From: Candidatus Pacearchaeota archaeon | GTDB lineage: Archaea; Nanobdellota; Nanobdellia; Pacearchaeales; GW2011-AR1 | Assembly: GCA_017609175.1 (NCBI GenBank) | Contig: JAFCEJ010000003.1 | Coordinates: forward strand, 149,455-213,454 | DNA: 64,000 bases | Reading direction: 5' to 3' | In this document: piece after piece, positions 42,508 to 51,697 of the stretch | How the letters are laid out: every line of letters starts with the position of its first letter | Numbering within the stretch: the first letter of the stretch is position 1 | Program-made: the position numbers and the translations under genes | The notes under the pieces: model-generated | What the model was told of the DNA's origin: nothing | What the model saw: the letters and a program-made list of their open reading frames with translations, nothing else | Databases searched by the model: none

Positions 42508-43353
42508 ATGTATCATATAATCTTTTTATTAGCACTTGCATTAGTTTGGATTATTTTTGCAGTTGTTCAAGATTTGAAAAAAAGAGAGGTTGCTGACTGG
42601 CTTAATTTTTCTTTAATAATTTTTGCATTGGGTTTTAGGTTTTTTTATTGTTTATTTGATGCAGAAGGTTTTGCATTTTTTTATCAAGGTTTGATTGGTT
42701 TGGGGATTTTTTTTATAATTGGAAACTTGCTTTATTATTCTCATTTTTTTGCCGGCGGAGATGCTAAGCTTCTGATTGCTCTTGGAAGCATTTTGCCATT
42801 GTCAGAATCTTTTATGACAAATTTGAATATTTTTATGATTTTTTTTATTTTGTTTTTATTCGCCGGCGCATTTTATGGTTTGGTTTATAGTTTTGTTTTG
42901 GTGATTAAGAATTATGGTGATTTTAAGAGGGGGTTTAGTAACTTAATAAAAGAGAATAAAACAGTTATCCGTTTGATTATGGTTTTGGCATTAATTTTTA
43001 TGATTGGAAGTTTTGTGTTGGGGGTTTTTATATTTTATTTGGGTGTTTTATTTTTTGTTCTTCCTTACATTTATTTGCTTGCAAAAGTTATTGAAGATAT
43101 TTGCCTGATTAAAAAAGTGAATTCTAAGAATTTGAGAGAAGGGGACTGGCTATATGAAAATATTAATATTGGAAACAAGAAAATTATTGCCAAATGGGAC
43201 GGTTTAAGTAAAGAAGAGATTGCTTTGATTAAGAAAACTAAAAAACAAGTTTTGGTTAAACAAGGAATTCCTTTTGTTCCTGTTTTTTTAATTAGTTTTT
43301 TAATACTGGTTTATTTATTAAGGTATTCTTTTTGGGGTTTTAATATCTTTTAA
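42508..43353 (+). CDS. Prepilin/preflagellin peptidase (A24 family, PibD/FlaK-like)
   Basis: First Asp context KKREVADWLNF in TM1. Second catalytic motif FAGGDAKLLIALG. Polytopic, with an extra C-terminal domain. Confidence 0.75.
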   Translation: MYHIIFLLALALVWIIFAVVQDLKKREVADWLNFSLIIFALGFRFFYCLFDAEGFAFFYQGLIGLGIFFIIGNLLYYSHFFAGGDAKLLIALGSILPLSESFMTNLNIFMIFFILFLFAGAFYGLVYSFVLVIKNYGDFKRGFSNLIKENKTVIRLIMVLALIFMIGSFVLGVFIFYLGVLFFVLPYIYLLAKVIEDICLIKKVNSKNLREGDWLYENINIGNKKIIAKWDGLSKEEIALIKKTKKQVLVKQGIPFVPVFLISFLILVYLLRYSFWGFNIF

Positions 43354-43974
43354 TGTTTCTGGTTTTGATTTTTTGATAACTTCTAATTCTTTGGGTTCGT
43401 CTGGTTTGTTCTGTGGTTTTTTATTTTTTTGAGAACCTGTTATTAACTGGTTCTGTATTTCTAAAAGCTCTTCTGGTTTTGCTGGTTTCCTTTCTGAATT
43501 CTGATTTTCATCTTTGTATATTGGAAGGATATTTATTACTTGGTGTCCAAATAATGTTGAAGAGAAAAGGCTTACTTCTCTTGGATTGAATTTTTCTTTG
43601 ATTTTTTGAGAGATTTTTTTTGTTAATGTTAGAATTGATTCCGGGATTTGTTCTGAAGATACGTGTTTTTTTGGAATTATTAATACATGGGCTTTTGAGA
43701 TCGGGTTTATTTCTAAAACTGCAACGGCATCTTCGTTTTCATCTATTTTATATGATTTAACTTCTCCTTTTGCAATTGAACAAAAAATACATTTTTGTTG
43801 GAGGTTTTGTTCCTTTTGAATTAATTGATTTTGTCTTAAAAATTCTTCAAATTGTTCATTTGTCATGGCTTGTATTTGTTGTTTTGCAAATTCTTTTTTA
43901 TCTGCAGAAAAAGTCGCATCAATTTGATTAATGACCTGTTTTTTTATTTCGGCGATTTGTTCGTTTGATAGCAT
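43318..43974 (-). CDS. HIT-like protein with degenerate histidine triad and N-terminal helical extension
   Basis: CIFCSI...YKIDENEDAVAVLEINPISKAHVLIIPKKH is HIT-like. Where HxHxHxx is expected the sequence reads GHQVINILP. Confidence 0.55.
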   Translation of the reverse strand: MLSNEQIAEIKKQVINQIDATFSADKKEFAKQQIQAMTNEQFEEFLRQNQLIQKEQNLQQKCIFCSIAKGEVKSYKIDENEDAVAVLEINPISKAHVLIIPKKHVSSEQIPESILTLTKKISQKIKEKFNPREVSLFSSTLFGHQVINILPIYKDENQNSERKPAKPEELLEIQNQLITGSQKNKKPQNKPDEPKELEVIKKSKPETLKDIKTPKRIP

Positions 43975-43975
43975 C

Positions 43976-44248
43976 TTAACCGAATGCTCTCCTCATATCT
44001 ATGACTTGAACAGAATTAACATTTTCTATCTTTTTGAGTTCTTCTTCAATAGGTTCGAGAGGTTTTGATTCGTCTAATGCAAAAAAGACAATTATTGCTT
44101 TTAATCCAAATGCAATTGGTTCTTCTTCAAAACTGCAGTTTTTTCCTTCACCTTTTTCTACGACCTCTTTTGCTTTTGTTTTTATCTTTTCTAAGTCGAT
44201 ATTTGGCGAAGAAGGCATTATTTTTATTTTAATTGCTGCGATTCCCAT
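43976..44248 (-). CDS. ef1b: Translation elongation factor aEF-1 beta
   Basis: 90 aa. IKIKIMPSSPNIDLEKIK...EEEPIAFGLKAI...VQVIDMRRAFG matches the aEF-1beta pattern. Confidence 0.85.
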   Translation of the reverse strand: MGIAAIKIKIMPSSPNIDLEKIKTKAKEVVEKGEGKNCSFEEEPIAFGLKAIIVFFALDESKPLEPIEEELKKIENVNSVQVIDMRRAFG

Positions 44249-44353
44249 ATCTTATCTTGAAAAGGATTGTTTATAAAGTCTTTTGTTTGCGGGATTTTAT
44301 ACCGATAGGTTCTTTACAATAATACTTAAAAACAAAAGAGGATTTTTTGGGGG

Positions 44354-45304
44354 ATGTTGACCGGAAATTATGATAAGATTCTTGAGAAAATTGCACTTGC
44401 TTCGGGTATTGAAAAAGAGGAGATTGAACGAAGAGTTGAAGCGAAAAGAGCAAAACTTTCTGGTTTGATTAGTAAAGAAGGTGCTGCGCAAATAATTGCT
44501 GCAGAGCTTGGGATTTCTTTTGATAACGAAAAGTTAAAAATAGATGAACTATTGCCTGGGATGAGAAAAGTAAATGTTGTTGGGAAAGTAGTTACTTTAT
44601 TTCCTGTAAGAGAGTTTAATAAAAATGGGAGAAGTGGAAAAGTTGCAAATATGATTATTGCTGATGAAACTTCAAATATCAAAGTTGTTTTATGGGATAC
44701 AAATCATATTGAATTAATTGAAAAAGGGGAGGTTGTTGAAGGGACTGTTGTTGAGATAATAAATGCAGGGATGAGGGATAATGAATTACATTTGGGAAGT
44801 TTTTCAGAATTTAAAAAAAGCGAAGAGATTCTGGAAAATGTTAAATCCGAAATTGTTGCTAAGGAGAAGAATATTTTGAATTTTAAAAATCTGGAGAATG
44901 TTAAGACAAGGGCATTTATTGTTCAAATTTTTGAGCCACGATTCTTTAATGTTTGTCCTGAGTGCAAGAAAAAGGTTATTTCAGAAGGAGAAGGATTTGT
45001 TTGTGCTGAGCATGGTAAAGTAATGCCTGAAAAAAGAGCTTTATTAAATCTCGTTCTTGATGACGGAACAGAAACCATTCGCGGAGTTCTATTTCACGAG
45101 AGTATTTCTTCCCTTGGTTTGACTGATTTGGAAAACGTTGATTCTTTTATAAAACAGAAAGAAGAACTTTTGGGTAAAGAAATGTTTTTTTCAGGAACTA
45201 TTAGAAAAAACAAACTTTTTAATAATAAAGAGTTTATAATAGATAAAGCAGAAGAAATTGATTTGGATGCTTTGATAAAAGAGTTGGAAGAAAATGCTAA
45301 TTAG
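44354..45304 (+). CDS. Replication protein A-like ssDNA-binding protein (OB folds + zinc ribbon)
   Basis: N-terminal helical domain, an OB segment (VNVVGKVVTLFPVREFNKNGRSGKVANMIIADETSNIKVVLWD), and a zinc ribbon CPECKKKV...CAEHG. Confidence 0.7.
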   Translation: MLTGNYDKILEKIALASGIEKEEIERRVEAKRAKLSGLISKEGAAQIIAAELGISFDNEKLKIDELLPGMRKVNVVGKVVTLFPVREFNKNGRSGKVANMIIADETSNIKVVLWDTNHIELIEKGEVVEGTVVEIINAGMRDNELHLGSFSEFKKSEEILENVKSEIVAKEKNILNFKNLENVKTRAFIVQIFEPRFFNVCPECKKKVISEGEGFVCAEHGKVMPEKRALLNLVLDDGTETIRGVLFHESISSLGLTDLENVDSFIKQKEELLGKEMFFSGTIRKNKLFNNKEFIIDKAEEIDLDALIKELEENAN

Positions 45305-45752
45305 AACACATCTTGCTGTAACTCTCTTGGCTATTTTGCTTTTTATCGAAAGAGTTGAATTCCCATTTGTTTTTGTGGTTGTGGCATTGATTGCTACTTT
45401 TATTCCTGATATTGATACAGCCTATTCTAAGTTAGGGAAAAATAAAATTTTTAGACCCCTGCAATTTTTTGTTAGGCATAGGGGATTTATACATAGTTTT
45501 AATTTTTTATTTTTGATTATTTTAATTTTGATTTTATTTTATCCTGTTTCTGCCCTGCCTTTTTTTGTTGGTTATGGTTTGCACTTGTTTTTAGATTCTT
45601 TTAGTATTGAAGGTATTAAGCCATTTTATCCTTGGGGTAGAACTGTTTCTGGTAAAATAAGGACTGGCGGGAGAATTGAAGTTAGTTTGTTTTTAATTTT
45701 TGTTTTGATTGACTTGTTCCTTGCTGTCGCAAGATTTAGTAATGTTTTTTAA
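45294..45752 (+). CDS. Membrane-bound metal-dependent hydrolase (DUF457/YdjM-like)
   Basis: MLIRTHLAV...FIPDIDT...HRGFIHS...GLHLFLDS. Confidence 0.7.
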   Translation: MLIRTHLAVTLLAILLFIERVEFPFVFVVVALIATFIPDIDTAYSKLGKNKIFRPLQFFVRHRGFIHSFNFLFLIILILILFYPVSALPFFVGYGLHLFLDSFSIEGIKPFYPWGRTVSGKIRTGGRIEVSLFLIFVLIDLFLAVARFSNVF

Positions 45753-45839
45753 TATATCTCTCCTATCTAAACAATCTTTATAAAGAAAAACTGTTTTTGG
45801 TTTTTATAGCACTTCTTTTTAGAAGGCTTAAGAAAGAAA

Positions 45840-46853
45840 ATGGTAAAAAAAGATTCTAAAGAAGGTGAAACTACTTCTGGGGAAAAGGAGTTCAAGAATG
45901 AAGAACTTAAACTTACTGATTTGCCAGGGATTGGGCCAGCTGTTGCTTCTAAGTTGGAGTCAGCAGGAGTTTATGATTTAATGTCTTTGGCAGTTATGAA
46001 TCCATCAGAGCTTGCAGATGTTGCAGGGGTTGGTGCCGGTGTTGCACGAAAAGCAATTCAAGCAGCCCGTAATATGCTTGATTTAGGATTTCAAACCGGA
46101 ACAGAATATGCAAAAAAAAGAGAGGATATTGTTTATATTACTACTGGAAGCGAAAATTTGAATAATCTTTTGGGTGGGAGAGGGATTGCAAGCAGGGCCA
46201 TTACAGAAGCGTTTGGTGCTTATGGTTCTGGTAAAACCCAGCTGGGTTTGACTTTGGCAGTTAATGTTCAATTGCCCATAGAAAAAGGGGGGGCGAATGG
46301 TAAATGTGTTTTTATTGATACTGAGGGAACTTTCAGGCCGAAAAGAATTAAACAGATTGCAGAATCTATTGGAGCAAACCCTGAAAAAGTTTTGAAAAAT
46401 ATTTTTGTTGCTCGTGCATTTAATTCTGACCACCAAGTTTTACTTATTGAAAAAATTTCAGAGATGGTTAAAAATGGTGAACCAATTAAGCTTTTGATTG
46501 TTGATTCTCTAACTGCACATTTTAGAGCAGAATTTTCAGGAAGAGGGCAGTTGGCAGACAGACAGCAAAGATTGAATAAATATATGCACAATTTAATGAA
46601 ACTTGCAGAACAACATAATTTGGCGATTTATGTTACAAATCAGGTTATGTCTAATCCCGCACAGTTATTTGGGGACCCAACAGTTGCAATCGGGGGGAAT
46701 ATTGTCGGACATGCTTCAACATATCGGATTTATTTGCGACGAGGAAAAAAAGACTCGCGAGTTGCAAAATTAATTGATTCTCCTGATTTGCCTGACAACG
46801 AAACAATTTTCTTTTTAACTGATGCTGGTGTCAGGGATGGGGAAGGCGAATGA
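45840..46853 (+). CDS. radA: DNA repair and recombination protein RadA
   Basis: N-terminal HhH LPGIGPAVASKLESAGV, Walker A GAYGSGKTQ, Walker B LLIVDSL, and VTNQV. Confidence 0.95.
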   Translation: MVKKDSKEGETTSGEKEFKNEELKLTDLPGIGPAVASKLESAGVYDLMSLAVMNPSELADVAGVGAGVARKAIQAARNMLDLGFQTGTEYAKKREDIVYITTGSENLNNLLGGRGIASRAITEAFGAYGSGKTQLGLTLAVNVQLPIEKGGANGKCVFIDTEGTFRPKRIKQIAESIGANPEKVLKNIFVARAFNSDHQVLLIEKISEMVKNGEPIKLLIVDSLTAHFRAEFSGRGQLADRQQRLNKYMHNLMKLAEQHNLAIYVTNQVMSNPAQLFGDPTVAIGGNIVGHASTYRIYLRRGKKDSRVAKLIDSPDLPDNETIFFLTDAGVRDGEGE

Positions 46854-47109
46854 TGAAATGCTAATTAAATCATTTCAATGTCCTTTGAGGAAATTTGAAA
46901 TAAATATTAATGAAGATATTATTAAAATTTGTGTTGAATGTAATTTTGGGGATTTATCTCAAAATATGAGGGTTCTTGAGAGGGTTTGTAAATGTCCTAG
47001 AGATATGACTTGGCAAGAGTATGATAAATTAAGGGAAGAGTATAATCAAAGAACTAATAAATCAAGAAGAGATTTTTGGAAATTTGTTGAAGAGAATTAT
47101 AAACACTAA
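46822..47109 (+). CDS. Hypothetical Cys-containing small protein
   Basis: ORF overlapping the radA end. A later Met (MLIKSFQCPL) is the more likely start. No family recognised. Confidence 0.3.
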   Translation: MLVSGMGKANDEMLIKSFQCPLRKFEININEDIIKICVECNFGDLSQNMRVLERVCKCPRDMTWQEYDKLREEYNQRTNKSRRDFWKFVEENYKH

Positions 47110-47612
47110 TCTTTTTCTTCAAAACAAATTATGTCATGAATTGTTTTATAAGAATGTAGTTCTTCTTCTTTAAACCACAAAGGGATTTCTATTTCTGCAT
47201 CTTCTTGATTTGCCGACGCATGGATTAAATTTCTTACTGAGATTTCATTCGCGTTTGCGTAATCTCTCGAGATATGGGCAAAGTCTCCCCTGATTGTTCC
47301 TGGTGCTGATTCATTTGGGTATGTTGAGCCGACGATTTTTCTGGTTACTTTTATTGCATCAACTCCCTCGAGGATCATTGCAACTACCGGACCTTCTTTA
47401 ATATATTTTATTAAATCTTTTCTGACCCTTTCACCATGTTTTTTAGCAATATCTTCTCTGTAATGTTTTTTTGCGAATTCATCGTCAACCCAGACCATTT
47501 TCATACCAATGATTTTTAATCCAGCATCTTCAAATCTCATTATTATTTTTCCGACGAGATTTCTAATAACCCCGTCTGGTTTTATTAAAACAAGTGTTCT
47601 TTGTTTTTCCAT
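47106..47612 (-). CDS. ndk: Nucleoside diphosphate kinase
   Basis: ERTLVLIKPDGV, GTIRGDFA, and NLIHAS (the NxxHxSD active-site His region). Confidence 0.9.
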   Translation of the reverse strand: MEKQRTLVLIKPDGVIRNLVGKIIMRFEDAGLKIIGMKMVWVDDEFAKKHYREDIAKKHGERVRKDLIKYIKEGPVVAMILEGVDAIKVTRKIVGSTYPNESAPGTIRGDFAHISRDYANANEISVRNLIHASANQEDAEIEIPLWFKEEELHSYKTIHDIICFEEKD

Positions 47613-47699
47613 AAATAAGAAATTAAAAATTTGTTTTTAAATTTTGCTGAAATGGGATATTTGTTTAGGGGTTGTTTCGAATTTTTAATTTATTTTATT

Positions 47700-47718
47700 A
47701 ATTTGCCGTCGGCAAATT
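47700..47718. promoter_or_regulatory. 19-bp palindrome AATTTGCCG-T-CGGCAAATT in the divergent ndk/surface-protein intergenic region
   Basis: Perfect 9-bp arms around a single central base. The GC-rich core stands out in AT-rich spacer DNA. Confidence 0.4.
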
Positions 47719-47801
47719 TTTTTAAGAAGTTTTAAGGGATTTTTTGAGAGAAATATTTATAAACCCTTTTTTCTTAAATTGGGTTATTAAAAGAGGCGAA
47801 G

Positions 47802-49037
47802 ATGAATAGGAAATTTTTGGTGTTGATGTTTTTCGGAATGCTTTTATTAAGTGTAAATTTGGCTGCTGCGGCAGTTTCATGGGGTGCTCCGACAATAGGT
47901 TCAAATCATTCATCTAATATTTCTTTAACTGTTTATTTTGTTAATGAAACAGATATTATTGACCCAACATCTTCAAATACTACTTTATATTATAATACTA
48001 CAACAACTGGTTGGACACAAGTTAATTTTGCTGGTTTTGCACAGAATGGTTCTCAGGTTACAGGAACTTTGGATATAACATCTATTGCAGATGGTTCTAA
48101 TATATCATTAAATATGACTTTGGGTAATGACTCAACTATTTTAGGAGGTGTTGTTGTGACCGCCTTAACGATTGATGATACTCCCCCTGCGGTTTCTTTT
48201 GTAGGAAGTACTTTTGTATCTGGAGGTAATTATTCTGGTTCTTCAATAATCATTAATACGAGTGTTAATGATAGTCTAATCGGAATGAGTTCTGTTTATT
48301 TTAATATAACAAATTCTACAGGCACTCAGGTCAATTGGTCAAAAGCGACCAGTGCGGGCGGTTATTATAGTCTTACTTTTGATAGTACTGCTCTTTCAGA
48401 TGGGGTATATAATTTAACTATTTATGCTAACGATTCTTTAAATAACCTAAACAGTTCTATTGTTCGTTCAGTTACTTTTGATAATTCAAATCCCAGCGTA
48501 TCTTTTAGTTGTACCCCTACATCGACTAATGTTGGTTCTGTTATTACCTGTACTTGTACTGGAAGCGATTCACTTTCAGGAGTAAGTTCTACAACCTATA
48601 CTAAGAAGCCTTCTACATCTTCTATAGGAACTTTTACAACAAACTGCACTGTTGTGGATCGTGCAGGTAATTCTGCGACATCTTCTATTGAATATAAGAT
48701 TATTAGTGGGGGAGGGGCTGTAGGAAGTTCTCCATCTGCTGCTAATTTTTGGACAGCAGGAACTCATACTCTTTCACAAGAACAATTTAAACAAGGATTT
48801 ACTAAGAAATTAAAAGTTAAAAGCAGGATGAGGTTTGAGGTTAATGGTAAAAATCACCATGTTGGTATTAAAGAATTAACTGAAACTTCTGTTACTATTG
48901 AAATTGCTTCTGAACCTATTGAAGTAACATTAGGAATTGGAGAAGATGCAAAAGCAGATGTGGATGACGATGGTTATTATGATGTTTATGTGAAATTGAA
49001 TAATATGTTACTGTTAAGCAATTATCTGAAAAGATAG
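47802..49037 (+). CDS. Secreted surface protein, sequon-rich, Ig-like repeats, shared C-terminal domain (paralog 1)
   Basis: Signal peptide MNRKFLVLMFFGMLLLSVNLAAA. Many N-x-S/T sequons. A C-terminal ~90 aa domain is homologous to that of the 49253 gene. The annotated frame ends shortly after the shared block. Confidence 0.6.
   Translation: MNRKFLVLMFFGMLLLSVNLAAAAVSWGAPTIGSNHSSNISLTVYFVNETDIIDPTSSNTTLYYNTTTTGWTQVNFAGFAQNGSQVTGTLDITSIADGSNISLNMTLGNDSTILGGVVVTALTIDDTPPAVSFVGSTFVSGGNYSGSSIIINTSVNDSLIGMSSVYFNITNSTGTQVNWSKATSAGGYYSLTFDSTALSDGVYNLTIYANDSLNNLNSSIVRSVTFDNSNPSVSFSCTPTSTNVGSVITCTCTGSDSLSGVSSTTYTKKPSTSSIGTFTTNCTVVDRAGNSATSSIEYKIISGGGAVGSSPSAANFWTAGTHTLSQEQFKQGFTKKLKVKSRMRFEVNGKNHHVGIKELTETSVTIEIASEPIEVTLGIGEDAKADVDDDGYYDVYVKLNNMLLLSNYLKR
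48893..49006 (+). repeat. 114-bp block identical to 51559-51672
   Basis: Compared base by base: tactattgaaattgcttctgaacc...gtgaaattgaataatat is identical in both genes. The flanks are diverged. Confidence 0.9.
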
Positions 49038-49252
49038 TTGAAGGAGAGGGCGCTGTTTCAACTACTGGAGAAATCGGAAAAGGAAGGGAAGTTGAAAAAG
49101 CTTCTTGGTGGCAGAGGTTTATCAATTGGTTAAAGAATTTATTTGGTATTGGAAAATAAAATTTTAAAATAAAATATATTTTTAGATATTAATTCTATTA
49201 AAAAAAACATTTATAAACCTTAATTTACTTTTTTAATTAACTAAAAGAGGTT

Positions 49253-51697
49253 ATGATGAGAAAAAAATATCCTTTGTTGTTAATTTTGACAACTTTTTTA
49301 TTTGTTACTTGTTTAAGTTTAATTAGTGCGTGGACTTTTAATGGAACAATTTATGATATTGATGGGAAGATTTTATATAATGCTACTATTAATGTTACTT
49401 ATTGGACAATGGGTGCTTCGGGACCATCTTTAGTTGGTTCTAATTTTACTTTTTCAAATGAGTCTGGATGGTTTAATGTAAGTGTTACTGAAAACGTTAG
49501 TTATTTTTATAAGCCAGTTATTAAACATTTTATCAATAATAAAACCGATGGAAGTACTGCTTTAGATTATGTTGGACAAATTCTTCCAATCTTTCCTTAT
49601 CGTGATTTTGTTAATCTTTCTGATATTAATTTTTATTTGAGGCCTGCGGGAACAATTAATATAACTGCAGTGAATTCTAGTGGAGGCAGAATTAATTTTA
49701 ATTATATGGTAAAAGATACTCTATTAGGTTATGATGTTGCAAGTAATTGGCAGACCCCTGTATCTGAGGCTAATATTTATTTGCCTAGGGATAGAAATTA
49801 CTCAATTATGATTTATCCTTCTCAAAAATTGCCTGTTAGTTTTAATTGGAATAATTTTAGCTCCTCTATTTCATACAATATTACTTCTTCAAATTTATCT
49901 CAATATATTAACACTAGTTATACTTTAAATTACAAATTTAACTGCACTGAACAAATGGTTAGAATTGATGGATATATTAATCGTTCAGGTATTACTGGGT
50001 GGGATGAATTTACTGTTATTCCGTATTTGTTAGAACCTGGGGATATGATTTATTTTGATCAAGGAAATCTTCCATGGAATATGAGTTCTTGGATGGGTCA
50101 ATCAGACCTTTACAATTTAAGTAAAAATGGGCTGGGTTATTATAATATTTCTCTTCCAGCTCCTGTAGAGTCTGCAAATTATATTTTATTTGCTACTGCA
50201 AGAAACGGGTCTGGTTTTTATGGGGGATATAAAAACATTAGTTTAACTTATGGCGATGGTCCATCTCAATACAATTTTACAATGTATCCTTTAATGGGGA
50301 CTAATGGAGCGAGCGCAAATGGGAATCTTAGTGTAAATGATGCTTCTAGTTGGGCTCAGGTAAATGTTTCATCACAGCAAAAAGGAATTAATTTAGTTCA
50401 TTCAAATGGTTCTATTATTAGCGGTCTTACAGCACATCTCGAGATAACAGTTGATTATAGTAATTATGGTGCAAAAGAATTTACTTTTATGAAGGATATT
50501 TCCTCTGGTTCTGCAACATTTTATCTTCCTTTAATAAATGATACTGGAATAAAGGAGATGAATATTTATTCAATGAATTATGCACCAAAATCTATTTCTT
50601 TAATTAGTGCTTCTGGTCTTTTGAGTAATCCTAATTTTACTTTATCTTCATTTAGTCCGGGAGATATTGATGATACTTTATCAGATTCTCAAATTTCTAT
50701 TACAATATATAAATCAAATTCTACTTGTGATGTTCCTAACCCTCCTTCAAGCTGTATTATTGTGTCTTCTTCAGACTTGGGTAGTTTTAATCCTTTGAGA
50801 GCAATAATTGGTGGGGGAGCAATTAGTTTTAGAATGGGGACTGGAAATATTGTTGTTCATTATGTAAATGTGGATATGCTTGCTTCTGGACCTCCTGACG
50901 GGTTATTTGAAAATGATGCTGGGACAAGCGAATCTAGTGATAGTTTTTCCAATGTAGTTAAGTTTGGTTCTACAGGGCCAAAGATTTATGATTATGTTCT
51001 TATTTCAGTGCCATATTCTGAATCAGCAGGTAGTGGATTGAATGATTCTGCTGCTGTTAGTATGTCTATTCGGACTTTTTATGGTGAAAATGATAATGGT
51101 GTTATGAATTGGACAGCTCCTATTTGGACTTCTTCAAATGGTACAAATGCATCTAATTTGGCTGGAAATTATTCTCATTATTCTGCTAGACAAAGTGAAT
51201 GGCAAACTTTAATGAGTGGTTCAACATGTGTTTCAACAACAACCGGAACTTCTGCATTGAGCTCATCAAGTCCTTGTGCTATTAATACTGTTGATAATAA
51301 AATTTGGATTAGATTGCCTCATTTCTCAGGAACTGCCCCGTCTATTTCAGGATCAATAATCCCTACATCTACAGATTCATCATCGAGTAGTGGAGGAAGT
51401 ATTGCAACCACTACTATCTGGAAAAACACACATATTGTTACAGCTGAGCAATTTGAAAAAGGATTTACAAAAAGGCTTTCTGTTAAAGAGAGGTTTAAAT
51501 TTGAAGTTGGTGGCGAGAATCATTATGTTGGTGTTAAAGAGCTAACTAAGATAAATGCTACTATTGAAATTGCTTCTGAACCTATTGAAGTAACATTAGG
51601 AATTGGAGAAGATGCAAAAGCAGATGTGGATGACGATGGTTATTATGATGTTTATGTGAAATTGAATAATATATTACACAGAATGAAAACATTGTAA
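49253..51697 (+). CDS. Large secreted surface protein, sequon-rich, shared C-terminal domain (paralog 2)
   Basis: Signal peptide KKYPLLLILTTFLFVTCLSLISA. Dozens of N-x-S/T sequons. Same C-terminal domain (...IEIASEPIEVTLGIGEDAKADVDDDGYYDVYVKLNN). Confidence 0.6.
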   Translation: MMRKKYPLLLILTTFLFVTCLSLISAWTFNGTIYDIDGKILYNATINVTYWTMGASGPSLVGSNFTFSNESGWFNVSVTENVSYFYKPVIKHFINNKTDGSTALDYVGQILPIFPYRDFVNLSDINFYLRPAGTINITAVNSSGGRINFNYMVKDTLLGYDVASNWQTPVSEANIYLPRDRNYSIMIYPSQKLPVSFNWNNFSSSISYNITSSNLSQYINTSYTLNYKFNCTEQMVRIDGYINRSGITGWDEFTVIPYLLEPGDMIYFDQGNLPWNMSSWMGQSDLYNLSKNGLGYYNISLPAPVESANYILFATARNGSGFYGGYKNISLTYGDGPSQYNFTMYPLMGTNGASANGNLSVNDASSWAQVNVSSQQKGINLVHSNGSIISGLTAHLEITVDYSNYGAKEFTFMKDISSGSATFYLPLINDTGIKEMNIYSMNYAPKSISLISASGLLSNPNFTLSSFSPGDIDDTLSDSQISITIYKSNSTCDVPNPPSSCIIVSSSDLGSFNPLRAIIGGGAISFRMGTGNIVVHYVNVDMLASGPPDGLFENDAGTSESSDSFSNVVKFGSTGPKIYDYVLISVPYSESAGSGLNDSAAVSMSIRTFYGENDNGVMNWTAPIWTSSNGTNASNLAGNYSHYSARQSEWQTLMSGSTCVSTTTGTSALSSSSPCAINTVDNKIWIRLPHFSGTAPSISGSIIPTSTDSSSSSGGSIATTTIWKNTHIVTAEQFEKGFTKRLSVKERFKFEVGGENHYVGVKELTKINATIEIASEPIEVTLGIGEDAKADVDDDGYYDVYVKLNNILHRMKTL
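51559..51672 (+). repeat. 114-bp block identical to 48893-49006
   Basis: See the partner repeat at 48893-49006. Confidence 0.9.

Noticed and set aside
44271-44491. Two 60-64-aa minus-strand ORFs upstream of or overlapping the RPA start
   Set aside because: They are low-complexity, overlap the 5' end of the RPA-like gene and its promoter region, and have no motifs.
48995-49010. Classical -1 programmed ribosomal frameshift site at the surface-protein junctions (also 51661-51676)
   Set aside because: There is no X XXY YYZ slippery heptamer. The -1 frame contains a TAA up to 49003/51669, leaving only a 1-2 codon window where re-pairing would not be supported. An indel, gene conversion or a sequence error is more plausible than canonical PRF.
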